DNA of 64,000 nucleotides, taken from positions 1 to 64,000 of IMG/VR virus record IMGVR_UViG_3300025276_000026; one strand, 5' to 3'. This DNA is from a virus. This document shows, piece after piece, positions 18,699 through 28,080 of the stretch (the stretch's first letter is position 1; each line of letters begins with the position of its first letter). The position numbers and the translations under genes are program-made. The notes below the pieces were generated by a model that was given only the letters and a program-made list of their open reading frames with translations, did no database searches and had not been told where the DNA came from.

Positions 18699-18890
18699 TT
18701 ACCTTTTTATGTTTCTACGCAAGAGTTGAAATAGTGCATGGGGTTCATACTTCTTATTTCTCTTCTTGTAACCAATGCTTGATGCATCGGTTGAAACAGC
18801 TGCTCCAGTTGCGTTAACTGGTGCATCTTCACTTAGGTTGTCTTCAACCATTTTCTTATTCATGTCAAATAGTGTACTAATATACGTCAT
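18699..18890 (-). CDS. small hypothetical (probable virion) protein
   Basis: LSEDAPVNATG motif. Confidence 0.6.
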   Translation of the reverse strand: MTYISTLFDMNKKMVEDNLSEDAPVNATGAAVSTDASSIGYKKRNKKYEPHALFQLLRRNIKR

Positions 18891-19470
18891 TTTCGGTTAC
18901 CAATACCCTGTCTTCGTTGAGTCCGTTCATATAACCGATATACACATCAATCCCGAAGACTTTCGAATGATGTTCGGCTATTACGATTTCTGTTTTGTGA
19001 GCGTATTCTTTATCTAAGACTTCAAGTCTTCTACGTAAGTTGTATGTACCTACCTCTAGTTTACCGACTGACATGGATTCTTCTAGAACCTCTCCATCTA
19101 TCTTACCTAATTCCTTTAGATGACGATAGAACTTTTCACATAGTTCTTCCATTTGGTTTTCGTCCATCTCATTTGATTCTTTTAACATGAGTAATGCAAC
19201 AGCGTATGATGCAAATTGGGATTTACCGAATGGTACCTTGTTTATTATTTTCTTTAGATTGAATACAAGTCTGTGTAACGGTGTTAGGGAAGATTTCTCT
19301 GCAGAAGTTTCGGGGTTGTTGGGGATAGACACACCTACTTCATTGTCTATCATTTTGATTCGTGTCCCTTTGTTATCAATGAACCCGAATTTGTATGCCT
19401 GCATTTTTTCCCAAGGTGTAGTTAACATCTTGAGGATTCTAAAAGTTATTAGCGTATCTACGATTCTCAT
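18877..19470 (-). CDS. T4-like phage hypothetical protein
   Basis: FRILKMLTTPW...AYKFGFIDNKG...HRLVFNLK; late-type CTAAATA upstream. Confidence 0.75.
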   Translation of the reverse strand: MRIVDTLITFRILKMLTTPWEKMQAYKFGFIDNKGTRIKMIDNEVGVSIPNNPETSAEKSSLTPLHRLVFNLKKIINKVPFGKSQFASYAVALLMLKESNEMDENQMEELCEKFYRHLKELGKIDGEVLEESMSVGKLEVGTYNLRRRLEVLDKEYAHKTEIVIAEHHSKVFGIDVYIGYMNGLNEDRVLVTENDVY

Positions 19471-19495
19471 ATATCTATTTAGGTGATTTTAAAGG

Positions 19496-19571
19496 TGGAG
19501 CTCCCAGTCTGATTCGAACAGACCACCTAATGCTTACAAAGCATTTGCTCTACCGAATGAGCTATGGGAGC
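19496..19571 (-). tRNA. tRNA-Thr (UGU)
   Basis: GCTCCCATAGCTCATTCGGTAGAGCAAATGCTTTGTAAGCATT...GTTCGAATC...GGGAGCTCCA. Confidence 0.95.
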
Positions 19572-19943
19572 TTAGAGGTCTCTTAACCTTTGTACAATTT
19601 CATCATCTAGGGGTAAGTCTGACTTAAAGTCCTGTGTGATGTACTCTAGGTATAATAAGAGGGTTTTAATTGAAGACCAATACCTATCTTCCTTAATTTT
19701 AAACTCCAACATCCTCATACATGCATCGTATCCAAAGACATTGAATAGACAAATAAGGTGATTGAGTAGTAGACGTTCCCTTAGTTCACCACTTTCATGG
19801 TATCTAAATAGAAGTCTCTTGAGGTATCTAAACCTGCGTAAGTCCTCTTGGAAGTCTTCCATGTCCTCACACTGAGGGTCATCGTAATGCTTCAGTGCAA
19901 ATGCTGAAAAGTTTTTGGCTGTTAGTTTATCAAAAAGACTCAT
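19572..19943 (-). CDS. T4-like phage conserved-type hypothetical protein
   Basis: FALKHYDDPQC...EDLRRFRYLKRL...LNHLICLFNVFG. Confidence 0.8.
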   Translation of the reverse strand: MSLFDKLTAKNFSAFALKHYDDPQCEDMEDFQEDLRRFRYLKRLLFRYHESGELRERLLLNHLICLFNVFGYDACMRMLEFKIKEDRYWSSIKTLLLYLEYITQDFKSDLPLDDEIVQRLRDL

Positions 19944-19999
19944 AATGTAATATAAAGTTAGTTGGTCTACCTTTATTTAGTAGACGCAACTAAAAGGTT

Positions 20000-20398
20000 T
20001 TAGACCAAAGAACCGTATACTTTGTAACTGTTGTTCTGTAGTCGTTCGTATTTCACTTTTAGTGAAACTGTTTTTTCTTCTTTTTCAAACTCATCATGTG
20101 GAGTATCAACGGTCTTACCGAAAGATTCCCCATAGAGAGAGAAAGATAGGTCAAACTCACCACTTTCATTGAATTCCATGTCATATTCATTACATGTTAA
20201 ACCCAATTGACCGAGTTTTGCCTTCATTTGTTCAACAGCAGCGTTAGGATTCATGTATTCTGAAGAAGCAGTATGTCCTAGAATTGCATTTATCTTAGAC
20301 TTAACAACAGCATCATCTATATTGTGAGGAACGTTCTCTGAAGAAAGTCCTGCTGGGGATGTACTGTGTTCTACCATAAATTCGTTGAATTTTTTCAT
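20000..20398 (-). CDS. probable virion/internal protein
   Basis: N-terminus MKKFNEFMVE resembles the T4 capsid-targeting sequence. Confidence 0.65.
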   Translation of the reverse strand: MKKFNEFMVEHSTSPAGLSSENVPHNIDDAVVKSKINAILGHTASSEYMNPNAAVEQMKAKLGQLGLTCNEYDMEFNESGEFDLSFSLYGESFGKTVDTPHDEFEKEEKTVSLKVKYERLQNNSYKVYGSLV

Positions 20399-20402
20399 AA
20401 TT

Positions 20403-20684
20403 TTATCCTGTTATTGCAACACCAACACCAAGTACTTCTGCGTGAGCAGCGAATACTTCATGGGTGGAGTCTTTCTGAATGATTTCAGATTGACCACCAC
20501 CTAGTGTGAATGTTCCTATTAAAGTTGGTGACGCATCACCAGTTTCTATTGAGACTAGTCTTGCTGTTGTGCCTGAGTTTACAACTCTCACTGCAGTTGA
20601 AACTGTGAAGTTACTACCGTTAGTCGATGAAACTCCACAAGCTGCTTCTGAACCTAATACTCTAATTTTCATCTGATTATGCAA
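20403..20684 (-). CDS. small beta-rich probable virion protein
   Basis: ORF composition and late-gene context. Confidence 0.6.
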   Translation of the reverse strand: MHNQMKIRVLGSEAACGVSSTNGSNFTVSTAVRVVNSGTTARLVSIETGDASPTLIGTFTLGGGQSEIIQKDSTHEVFAAHAEVLGVGVAITG

Positions 20685-21249
20685 CCGCTGTTACGTTACC
20701 AGCTGCAGAACCGATTCCTGCTACTGAAGTGATAACCGATACTGTTGCAATACCTTTATCTTTAATCGTTCCACCTGCTAATGCTAATGGGTTTGCACCA
20801 ATTACTAGTACATCATTGGCTGCGATTGCAGCGTTGGCTGCACCGTATACAATTGAGAATGTAAGTTCGTTAGTTCCAGTTCCACTTGCATATGTAAGTG
20901 AATGTGGGCCTCTACCTGTTCCAGCACCTTGGTTTCCGTTAGTTACTGATAAAGTAGGTGTACCTGTTACGTCAACTGCTTCGTTGAATATAACTTTTGC
21001 AGATAATGTTCCACCTGCTGATACGTCCCATGCTGTAGATACCCAATCGATATCCGTAATGTTCGCTGCCCCAAGAGCAGTAGTAAGTGCTGAACTTGAC
21101 CATGCAACTAATGTTTCAGTCAATGTTCTACTTCCTACGATTTTCTTAAGTTCCCAGCCGTGTGGTTTTGCTGATGTGTTGGTTTTTTCAGCATCTGATA
21201 ACCAGTTAGGTTTAGATTCTGTACCACTTGTATGTCCCCAAAGTGCCAT
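20677..21249 (-). CDS. virion structural protein with Ig-like domain
   Basis: MALWG start; FNEAVDVTGTPTL...YASGTGTNELTF motif. Confidence 0.7.
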   Translation of the reverse strand: MALWGHTSGTESKPNWLSDAEKTNTSAKPHGWELKKIVGSRTLTETLVAWSSSALTTALGAANITDIDWVSTAWDVSAGGTLSAKVIFNEAVDVTGTPTLSVTNGNQGAGTGRGPHSLTYASGTGTNELTFSIVYGAANAAIAANDVLVIGANPLALAGGTIKDKGIATVSVITSVAGIGSAAGNVTAVA

Positions 21250-21270
21250 GATTTTCTCCGTTTTTTTCCG

Positions 21271-21816
21271 TTATTTAGCAACCTTCAACACTGCGTCGAA
21301 GGTCTTTTTAAAAGATTTTATATCTTTTTGTAATAGTCGTGAGTATTTATCTCTTAAGGCGGGCTTAACAGACATTAATGCCTTATAAACTTTTTCTGCA
21401 TCCGTATGCTTCACCTTCAACTTTTTCATATCATCTGTTCTTACTTCTGTATCTCGTTTAGTGTCCATCATTTTGGATAACTGAACTAATACATTTGCAT
21501 CGGGTCTTAATTGCATACCCTTTGCTTTCGAGTTAAAAGCATCGATTGCTCTATCGATAACCTCGTCCTCTTGTGCTTCTGAATACTTTCCACCAGCCAT
21601 TGTACTGATTTTCTCTATCGCTGCACGCAATTCTTTCTCTGATTTTGCTTTTGATACTGCACGTGCAATTTTCTTATTGCCACCGTCACTCATCATTGCA
21701 AAGTCTGAAGACTTCTCCATTATGGCACTAGTCTTCTTTGCAGCGTCTTTGATATATCCTAACTTCTTAAGTTTTTCCTTAAAAAGTGAATATCTTGCAT
21801 CGCCCTTTACGCTCAT
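21271..21816 (-). CDS. Lys-rich hypothetical (probable head-internal) protein
   Basis: ORF in late block. Confidence 0.65.
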   Translation of the reverse strand: MSVKGDARYSLFKEKLKKLGYIKDAAKKTSAIMEKSSDFAMMSDGGNKKIARAVSKAKSEKELRAAIEKISTMAGGKYSEAQEDEVIDRAIDAFNSKAKGMQLRPDANVLVQLSKMMDTKRDTEVRTDDMKKLKVKHTDAEKVYKALMSVKPALRDKYSRLLQKDIKSFKKTFDAVLKVAK

Positions 21817-22600
21817 TATTTACTCAAATCTGATTGTTTCATTGATGAAGGGTCACCATATGATGATTTTCCTCTTGCCACTCCATCAAAGTCATTGAGT
21901 TTCTTCTTAGTTCCATGCATAGCAACTATTGTATAACCTCTGTGCATACCTTTGTTACGTGTATCCATGGTAAGCTTTAGACCCATCAATTTTGCAGATT
22001 GTTCGAATTTCTTTTCTTCGGGTGTTGTCATACCTTTAACTCTGTAAAACATTATAGCTTCGTCAATAGACTCTTCAGAGATAGTCTCTTCTTTCATACC
22101 CATGATACGTTGTGCAAGACCTACAAGTTTTTTAACATCGGACTTTTCCATGTTTGCTTTGTTCTTGTCATTTACCTTTTCGTATGCTTGAGTGATAACA
22201 CTTGCAGTGAACATGTCTACCATGATTCCACCGATTTTCTTTGCACCCTTAGTCTTAACGATTTCTTGAAAAGCAGGTATTAAGTTCTTACCTTCTTCAA
22301 GAGATTCTCCCTGCTCTGCTATGTATGATTCGTTTGCATATCGTAATGCTTGTTTGACATCTTTGTTGTCTCTTACTGCTTTACCGAAGAACTTTTGTAT
22401 CTCTTTCCCTGCTATATCCATAGCACCACCCATGTCAAGTGCAACTTCAATTGCTTTCTTAACTTGTGGGTCTGTAATCTTGTTTCTTCTAAAGTACGTT
22501 GCAACTTCTCTACCAGTCAGCTTCTGCTTACCGTAAGGCCCTAAAGGATTTACCTTTCCGTCCTTATCTAATATTTTCTTTGCTTCGTGAAAAAGATTCA
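21816..22600 (-). CDS. probable head-internal protein
   Basis: start MNLFHEA; several xxE candidate cleavage sites (IAE, LEE, ISEE, IDE). Confidence 0.65.
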
Positions 22601-22605
22601 TTGGA

Positions 22606-23487
22606 TTATGCTCCGTATGGTGCAAGTATGGCTGACATAGCATCGTCATCATGTTTCTTCATGATGTAATAGATTTCGTCTCTTACGAATGTATCCATTC
22701 TACCCCAAACTTTATCCCACTGGTCGAGACCTTTCTTACTAATGACTGCTGGTTCCCCATCATCACTCTCTACTTCAATGCCTTTTTTAAGTTGTGCTAT
22801 GATTGCGCCAACTTCTTTGTCATTGATAGTCTCTTCTTTCTCTAATTTCTGTAGGTCTTTATAGACTTTTGAATTGATTTTTAACTTAGACTTAACAACT
22901 TTCTCTGAGATATCTTCTTCACCCATGTTAAGTTTAGGTTTTCTATACTTACCCACTGGTGATTTTGCTTTATCTCTTGAACCCTCTTCTATCTGTCCTT
23001 CAAATACAGACATAAGAATTCTTTCAAATCCTTTGTCTTCTTTGATACCTAATTTTTTGATTTCGGCTGCAATCTTCTTATTGATGTCACCGACTTCTTT
23101 TGTTGCAGCGGGGCCTTGTGCAACTAGTCTTGCTTTTTGCATAAGAAGGTCTGAGTATTTTCCATACTTTCCAGCTTTCTCATTGAATGTCTCGGATTCT
23201 GCAACTCCGTCTAGGGGTGTAGGTAAGATTTCTTCTATCTTATATGCTTTCTTCTTTGATGCATACAGTCCTTCACTCTTTTCGTCTTTACCTTTCCAGT
23301 TTGCATCGATATAATCGTAGAACTCTTTCTCTTTGTCACCCTTAAGTTCTGCTGGAGATGTAACTCCAAACTTCTTAAGTGCAGCGTTAAAGAAATCCTT
23401 ATAGTCTTTACCTTCAGTAACGATTTTACCAGCAGCTGCTAGTAAGTCGTCTGATAGACCGTGTCCTAATCCTTTGAAATTGTTCAT
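22606..23487 (-). CDS. probable head-internal protein
   Basis: YKDFFNAALKKFGVTSPAEL...KEFYDYIDANW module; E/K-rich. Confidence 0.65.
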   Translation of the reverse strand: MNNFKGLGHGLSDDLLAAAGKIVTEGKDYKDFFNAALKKFGVTSPAELKGDKEKEFYDYIDANWKGKDEKSEGLYASKKKAYKIEEILPTPLDGVAESETFNEKAGKYGKYSDLLMQKARLVAQGPAATKEVGDINKKIAAEIKKLGIKEDKGFERILMSVFEGQIEEGSRDKAKSPVGKYRKPKLNMGEEDISEKVVKSKLKINSKVYKDLQKLEKEETINDKEVGAIIAQLKKGIEVESDDGEPAVISKKGLDQWDKVWGRMDTFVRDEIYYIMKKHDDDAMSAILAPYGA

Positions 23488-23933
23488 TGTTTGAGTTCCC
23501 CTTTTTCGAAATAGTCGAACATCTTCTCTTTGCCTTGTTCATCAAGACGTAAAGACTTTGCAAGTCTACCTAACATGTTTTTTTCTGTAAGTTTTTCAGC
23601 TGTTTTAGCTAACGATAATTTTTCTTCTTCTACTATGACTGGTACTTCGGGTAGTTTATCTTCTGTATCCCCGATTATCTCTTCAGTACCTTCTGCAAGA
23701 GCTATGATTTTAGCTTCAACTAGTTTTAATTCGTCTTGTAATTTAGTTTTTTCTTCATGAAGTTTCTGCAATGCTCCGACACTTACATCTTCTTCTAAGT
23801 GTGCAATTAAGAGTTCTATCTCTTCATTTACAATGTCTTCAGCCGTTTTTTCTACCGAACCCTCTTTGCGTGGTTCAACGTAGTTACGAACTTCGTCTAG
23901 TTTTTCCTTCCAGTTTTCTGATTTATAACTCAT
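23484..23933 (-). CDS. acidic coiled-coil hypothetical protein
   Basis: ORF; late-type ATAAATA upstream. Confidence 0.65.
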   Translation of the reverse strand: MSYKSENWKEKLDEVRNYVEPRKEGSVEKTAEDIVNEEIELLIAHLEEDVSVGALQKLHEEKTKLQDELKLVEAKIIALAEGTEEIIGDTEDKLPEVPVIVEEEKLSLAKTAEKLTEKNMLGRLAKSLRLDEQGKEKMFDYFEKGELKQ

Positions 23934-23941
23934 AGTCTTAT

Positions 23942-24169
23942 TTATGTTATTTGTATCCTAACGACGAGATTCCCCTCACCTTTTACTAACCTGTGATAGG
24001 TCATTCCTTGGATAAAATGGTCTTCTCCTCTGTTCATTTGTATTGGTAACTGGTCATCTATTTGCAGTTCCCAATGTTCACCTTCTAGAACATGTACCAT
24101 TCGAGACTCCGTGTCTCTATGCCATACAAGTTCTGCTTCATTTACGGTATCAGTGAAAGTACGTATCAT
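23942..24169 (-). CDS. cupin-like small protein (frame open up to an ATT at 24223)
   Basis: ELVWHRD...WELQIDDQLP...YHRLVKG cupin pattern. Confidence 0.7.
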   Translation of the reverse strand: MIRTFTDTVNEAELVWHRDTESRMVHVLEGEHWELQIDDQLPIQMNRGEDHFIQGMTYHRLVKGEGNLVVRIQIT

Positions 24170-24218
24170 GTACTTTGTTCCTGTTCCGTGTTGTTCTAAA
24201 ATTTGTTCAGTATACGGT

Positions 24219-24503
24219 TTAATCGTCTAACCCTTTAACATAAGTGTTATCATCTTTATAAGGGTTACCACCCTCATACCAACTACCTTCTTTCTTTTCC
24301 GTTGTTTCTATGTCTGTTAATCTAATCTGGCCTGATACCCAGTTCTCTGCACAATTCTCTGCATATGATTCTGAATGATTATGCACCTTTCTTGTTGCTA
24401 ACCAGTCATCTACTTCATGTAAATCAACTTCCCAACCTTTTGGGGTCTTAAATACCTCGGCCAACCTGTTGTTGTCGCGATAAGTGTGATACAATTCTCT
24501 CAT
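24219..24503 (-). CDS. hypothetical protein
   Basis: HSESYAENCAENWV motif; SD AGGA. Confidence 0.65.
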   Translation of the reverse strand: MRELYHTYRDNNRLAEVFKTPKGWEVDLHEVDDWLATRKVHNHSESYAENCAENWVSGQIRLTDIETTEKKEGSWYEGGNPYKDDNTYVKGLDD

Positions 24504-24532
24504 AATATTTATTTCCTACACCTATATTTAGA

Positions 24533-25066
24533 CTACCAAAAAAAGTCTCCACCACCCGACAAACCTAATTGTTTTGCATAGTATGGTAGTCTGCAAGCCC
24601 AATAACCTGCTGTAGTCTTATCATTCTTCGTGTCGCATTGGTGTCTTGCAACAAAACTTTTACGGGCCTTATCGTTCTTTAACTTAACTTTCAGTCCTGT
24701 AGTATCACCCCAAGATATCTTCTTTACCTTGTCTCCGTCCTTAACGTAAACGTAATACTTCTTTGAACCACCCACTTTGGGTTTGTTCAACTCGGGTTCC
24801 TTCTCGTCTTCTTCTAGAATCATTGGACAATCCAATGGTACGAGTTCTCCTTCATGCACATCAAAATTACCGAGTTCTGTTTCGATGATGTTTCTATCAA
24901 CTTCTGTAAGTCGATATTTGTTCTCTGCAACAAGTCTTCTTGCTTCATTGATAGTTTCAAAATACATCAATGACCCCAATCTAAATGGGTTATCAGTGAG
25001 GTTAGTTCCTTCTATCTGAAGCGTCTCTAGAGTTTCGTCTATTGCAACTTCCTTAAGTGTCTTCAT
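24533..25066 (-). CDS. phage protein with KSFxARHxC...YWAC motif
   Basis: KKYYVYV...KARKSFVARHQCD...AGYWAC. Confidence 0.7.
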   Translation of the reverse strand: MKTLKEVAIDETLETLQIEGTNLTDNPFRLGSLMYFETINEARRLVAENKYRLTEVDRNIIETELGNFDVHEGELVPLDCPMILEEDEKEPELNKPKVGGSKKYYVYVKDGDKVKKISWGDTTGLKVKLKNDKARKSFVARHQCDTKNDKTTAGYWACRLPYYAKQLGLSGGGDFFW

Positions 25067-25079
25067 AATTTAAGTTATT

Positions 25080-25403
25080 CTACTCTTCGGATTCTGACAT
25101 ATGGTATCCACTACCATCACAATGAGTACACTCTTTATCGTCTACTTCACCAGAGCCTTTACATTCAGGGCATACAACTTTGTCTGCTTCTGCAACGTCT
25201 AATGACTCCTTCTGATATGGATATCCTTTTAGGGGGTTAGGAAACTTAGTAGAGAAATGTTTCTTTTGCACTTCTTCGTTTACTGTTTTGATAGCCATCA
25301 AGTATTTCTCAACTGCTTGGCCTGGAGTATCCTCTTGATATGAAACTACTGCTTCATCTGTACCAATTTCTAGTACTCCGTTGTCTGTTTTATTACCTGT
25401 CAT
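25080..25403 (-). CDS. hypothetical protein with DnaJ-type zinc-finger repeats
   Basis: CPECKGSG...CTHCDGSG; YQEDTPGQ. Confidence 0.7.
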   Translation of the reverse strand: MTGNKTDNGVLEIGTDEAVVSYQEDTPGQAVEKYLMAIKTVNEEVQKKHFSTKFPNPLKGYPYQKESLDVAEADKVVCPECKGSGEVDDKECTHCDGSGYHMSESEE

Positions 25404-26785
25404 CTTATACCCCTTAAATTTCTTAATGCTTCTGTATTGAATTCTTTGATTGGTTTTCCATAACCACCACCGTGGTCTTCTGCAGTTTTAAGTTTTGCAA
25501 GTTGGTCAACCAAAGGTCTTAAATCGTGATTCTTATCGTTAGTGTTGTTTTTTGCAAAGACACCTACTTTGAATGCACTTGAACCTTTTCTTGGGTCACT
25601 GTATAAAGGAGCTCCGTTTGCATCTTTGATGTTTAACTTATGTGTCTTACTGTATGCAGATACGATTTTCTTTGCTTGATTCCAGTCTTTCTCGGTTTGT
25701 TTATCATCACCTCTGAACTGAATTTCAAAATCTGTTATTCTTTCAGAACCTTTAATCTTATCAGGCCTGAACTTCTCGCCTAAAGACTCATTTGCCTTTC
25801 TGTCTGCATCTCTCTTTTTATCTATTGCATCGTTTGCTGATTCTTTCTCTTTTTGACCAGCCATCTTGTCGTTGTCACGGTCATGTCTTTTCTGTAGTGC
25901 TTCGACTTCTTGTTCTTGTTTGTCCTTAAGTCTCTCAATCTCTTCTGCTTGTTTTGCTTTTAGATTTGCAGAATCTACGGCTGCATCTTCCTGTATCTCT
26001 ACCTCTTCACCAAATTTAAGGAATAGTTTACCCTTTTCTTGTGATTGAGATGTAACTTTATGTTTAACCATTGCACCAATGCTGTTTAGCATACTTTCTG
26101 CAGATTCGGGATTCTTTGCATAGGTCTTCTCTATCTTATCTGAGACTTTCTTAAGAATGACATCTGTGATATGTTGAATACCCGATACTAGTTTACCTTC
26201 TGAGGTGTCTTCTATTACAGTATTCTTTGGGTATGATTTCTTGATATATCTAAGAATCTCTTGTACTCTTCTACCATCAATTACTGCAAAGACTCTAAAC
26301 TTACCTTGGTGTTTCTTTAGTATGACTTGAGCACCCATACCAGTAGTTTCTAGTTTATCACCCTTTGCTATAACGGATTTACCGACCATGTCTTTACCAT
26401 CATAGAATGCATCAATGACCTTCTTATCTTTAGGAGATAATGCTTCTGTTAGGGTTGATTCACTCATTACTAGAGCACTCAACTGTTGTGCAATGACTTG
26501 CATCTGTGCAGCTGGAATGCTTTGGAGTGCTTTCACTTGGTCTTTAGTAAGACCTTTGATTTTCTTGAAGACATTTGACACTTTACTTTCATTGTGTACT
26601 AGGTCATTAAAGGTAACAGACTCTTTCGGTACACAATTAGGGACATCCTTTCCACCCTTCTTCTTCATACCGATTTGCTTATAGTTCTTCCAACATGGGT
26701 CATCTTCCGTCATCGGAGTTTTGCATGTATCACAACTACATTTAGGTGCTTTCTTTTCTTGTAATATCTTATCTAATATATCCAT
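25400..26785 (-). CDS. probable head-internal polyprotein
   Basis: PCWKNYKQIGMKKKGGKDVPNCVPKE module; repeated xxE junctions. Confidence 0.65.
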   Translation of the reverse strand: MDILDKILQEKKAPKCSCDTCKTPMTEDDPCWKNYKQIGMKKKGGKDVPNCVPKESVTFNDLVHNESKVSNVFKKIKGLTKDQVKALQSIPAAQMQVIAQQLSALVMSESTLTEALSPKDKKVIDAFYDGKDMVGKSVIAKGDKLETTGMGAQVILKKHQGKFRVFAVIDGRRVQEILRYIKKSYPKNTVIEDTSEGKLVSGIQHITDVILKKVSDKIEKTYAKNPESAESMLNSIGAMVKHKVTSQSQEKGKLFLKFGEEVEIQEDAAVDSANLKAKQAEEIERLKDKQEQEVEALQKRHDRDNDKMAGQKEKESANDAIDKKRDADRKANESLGEKFRPDKIKGSERITDFEIQFRGDDKQTEKDWNQAKKIVSAYSKTHKLNIKDANGAPLYSDPRKGSSAFKVGVFAKNNTNDKNHDLRPLVDQLAKLKTAEDHGGGYGKPIKEFNTEALRNLRGIR

Positions 26786-26793
26786 AGTGTTAT

Positions 26794-28080
26794 TTATCGT
26801 TTTTTAGCATCTAATTCTGCTTGTTTCCAAGCTAATGCTTTCTTGTTAGAAGGTAATGACCCACTCCATCCCAATAGTTTGGAATAGAGACCACTTGCTT
26901 TCTTTTTGATAGCAGATAAGTCGTCGTCGTTTGTTACGTGTATGAAGTTCTGACCAAAGATTGACTTCATTTCTTTTGCATTCTTTTGCGCTGCAGTCCA
27001 GTCTGATTTAACTATCTCAGCAGGTACGACACGAGGTCTACCTAAATTTCTTTTCTGTGCATTTTCTAGTGATGCATCCACGTATACCATTTTGTAATCA
27101 TAACCCATTTGGTCTAATAATTTCTTATAATTCTTAATCTTCTGTGCCTTTGCACTAGTAGTATCAAAGATAAGACCTAGTCTTCCTCTGAGATATGCAT
27201 CTAGGTTCTTACCAGTAATCTTCTTAGCTTTTGCTCTGAGAGGGTCTCTGTCCTTTGCATCTACCTTTGAAAGGTCAAGACTTAGTCCTGCCTTCTTTAA
27301 TCCGTGTTCAAACGCTGCATCGGTATTGACCATCTTAAGTCCTAATGACTTTAGTGACAATGCATCAACTACTGTTGACTTACCACTGCCTGGGCCACCC
27401 ATAAGGAATACTGCCTTAAAGATACCTTGGTCGTAAACACCTTCGGTTATAAGGTCTTCAATCATGTAGTCGGGTAGGTGTGACTCAACGATTCCCATTC
27501 CTTTACGAATATCTTTGTATAGACCTTCTACATCCTTTTTATTTGTTGATGGAACACCTTGTGCAAATGCTTTAAAGTCACCGATTTCTGCAAGAGCTCT
27601 TAACTTGGATGCACTCATACCACTTAGGTCATCTGCATCGGGGTCTCTCTCCCCTGCTGATACAATTTGAATGTCCTCAAACTTGTAGTAACCGTGTCTT
27701 GCTTTGACACCATTGTATTTGTTCAGTAACATTTCGAATTCTTTGATTCTGTCTGAACCAACTACCATCTTAACTCGTGAGAATCCCTGTCTATGGAGTT
27801 CATTTGCAATATCAAATACAGTTCTTGCCTGTACGTCTGCAACTATCCTACCAAAGAACTTCTTAAGGTATCTTACTTTGACTTTATGGTCTAGAGGGTT
27901 TTTCTGTTTGTCGTTTGAATGGGATGAGAAAAGCATTGGTTGATAACCACCGCTAGATTCTTTTTTAAGCTTTGTAACTAACTTTGCATGACCAGTGGTT
28001 GGTGGATTGAATCTACCAAATGTGAATACAACACCTTTGTCTTTTGCTTCAGTTAAGAATTTTCCGAATGTTTTACTCAT
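26794..28080 (-). CDS. cytidyltransferase-like nucleotidyltransferase fused to a P-loop (zeta-toxin/AAA_33-like) kinase
   Basis: FTFGRFNPPTTGH, VVGSDR, SAGERDPD, MSASK; then AVFLMGGPGSGKS, IFDTT. Confidence 0.85.
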   Translation of the reverse strand: MSKTFGKFLTEAKDKGVVFTFGRFNPPTTGHAKLVTKLKKESSGGYQPMLFSSHSNDKQKNPLDHKVKVRYLKKFFGRIVADVQARTVFDIANELHRQGFSRVKMVVGSDRIKEFEMLLNKYNGVKARHGYYKFEDIQIVSAGERDPDADDLSGMSASKLRALAEIGDFKAFAQGVPSTNKKDVEGLYKDIRKGMGIVESHLPDYMIEDLITEGVYDQGIFKAVFLMGGPGSGKSTVVDALSLKSLGLKMVNTDAAFEHGLKKAGLSLDLSKVDAKDRDPLRAKAKKITGKNLDAYLRGRLGLIFDTTSAKAQKIKNYKKLLDQMGYDYKMVYVDASLENAQKRNLGRPRVVPAEIVKSDWTAAQKNAKEMKSIFGQNFIHVTNDDDLSAIKKKASGLYSKLLGWSGSLPSNKKALAWKQAELDAKKR

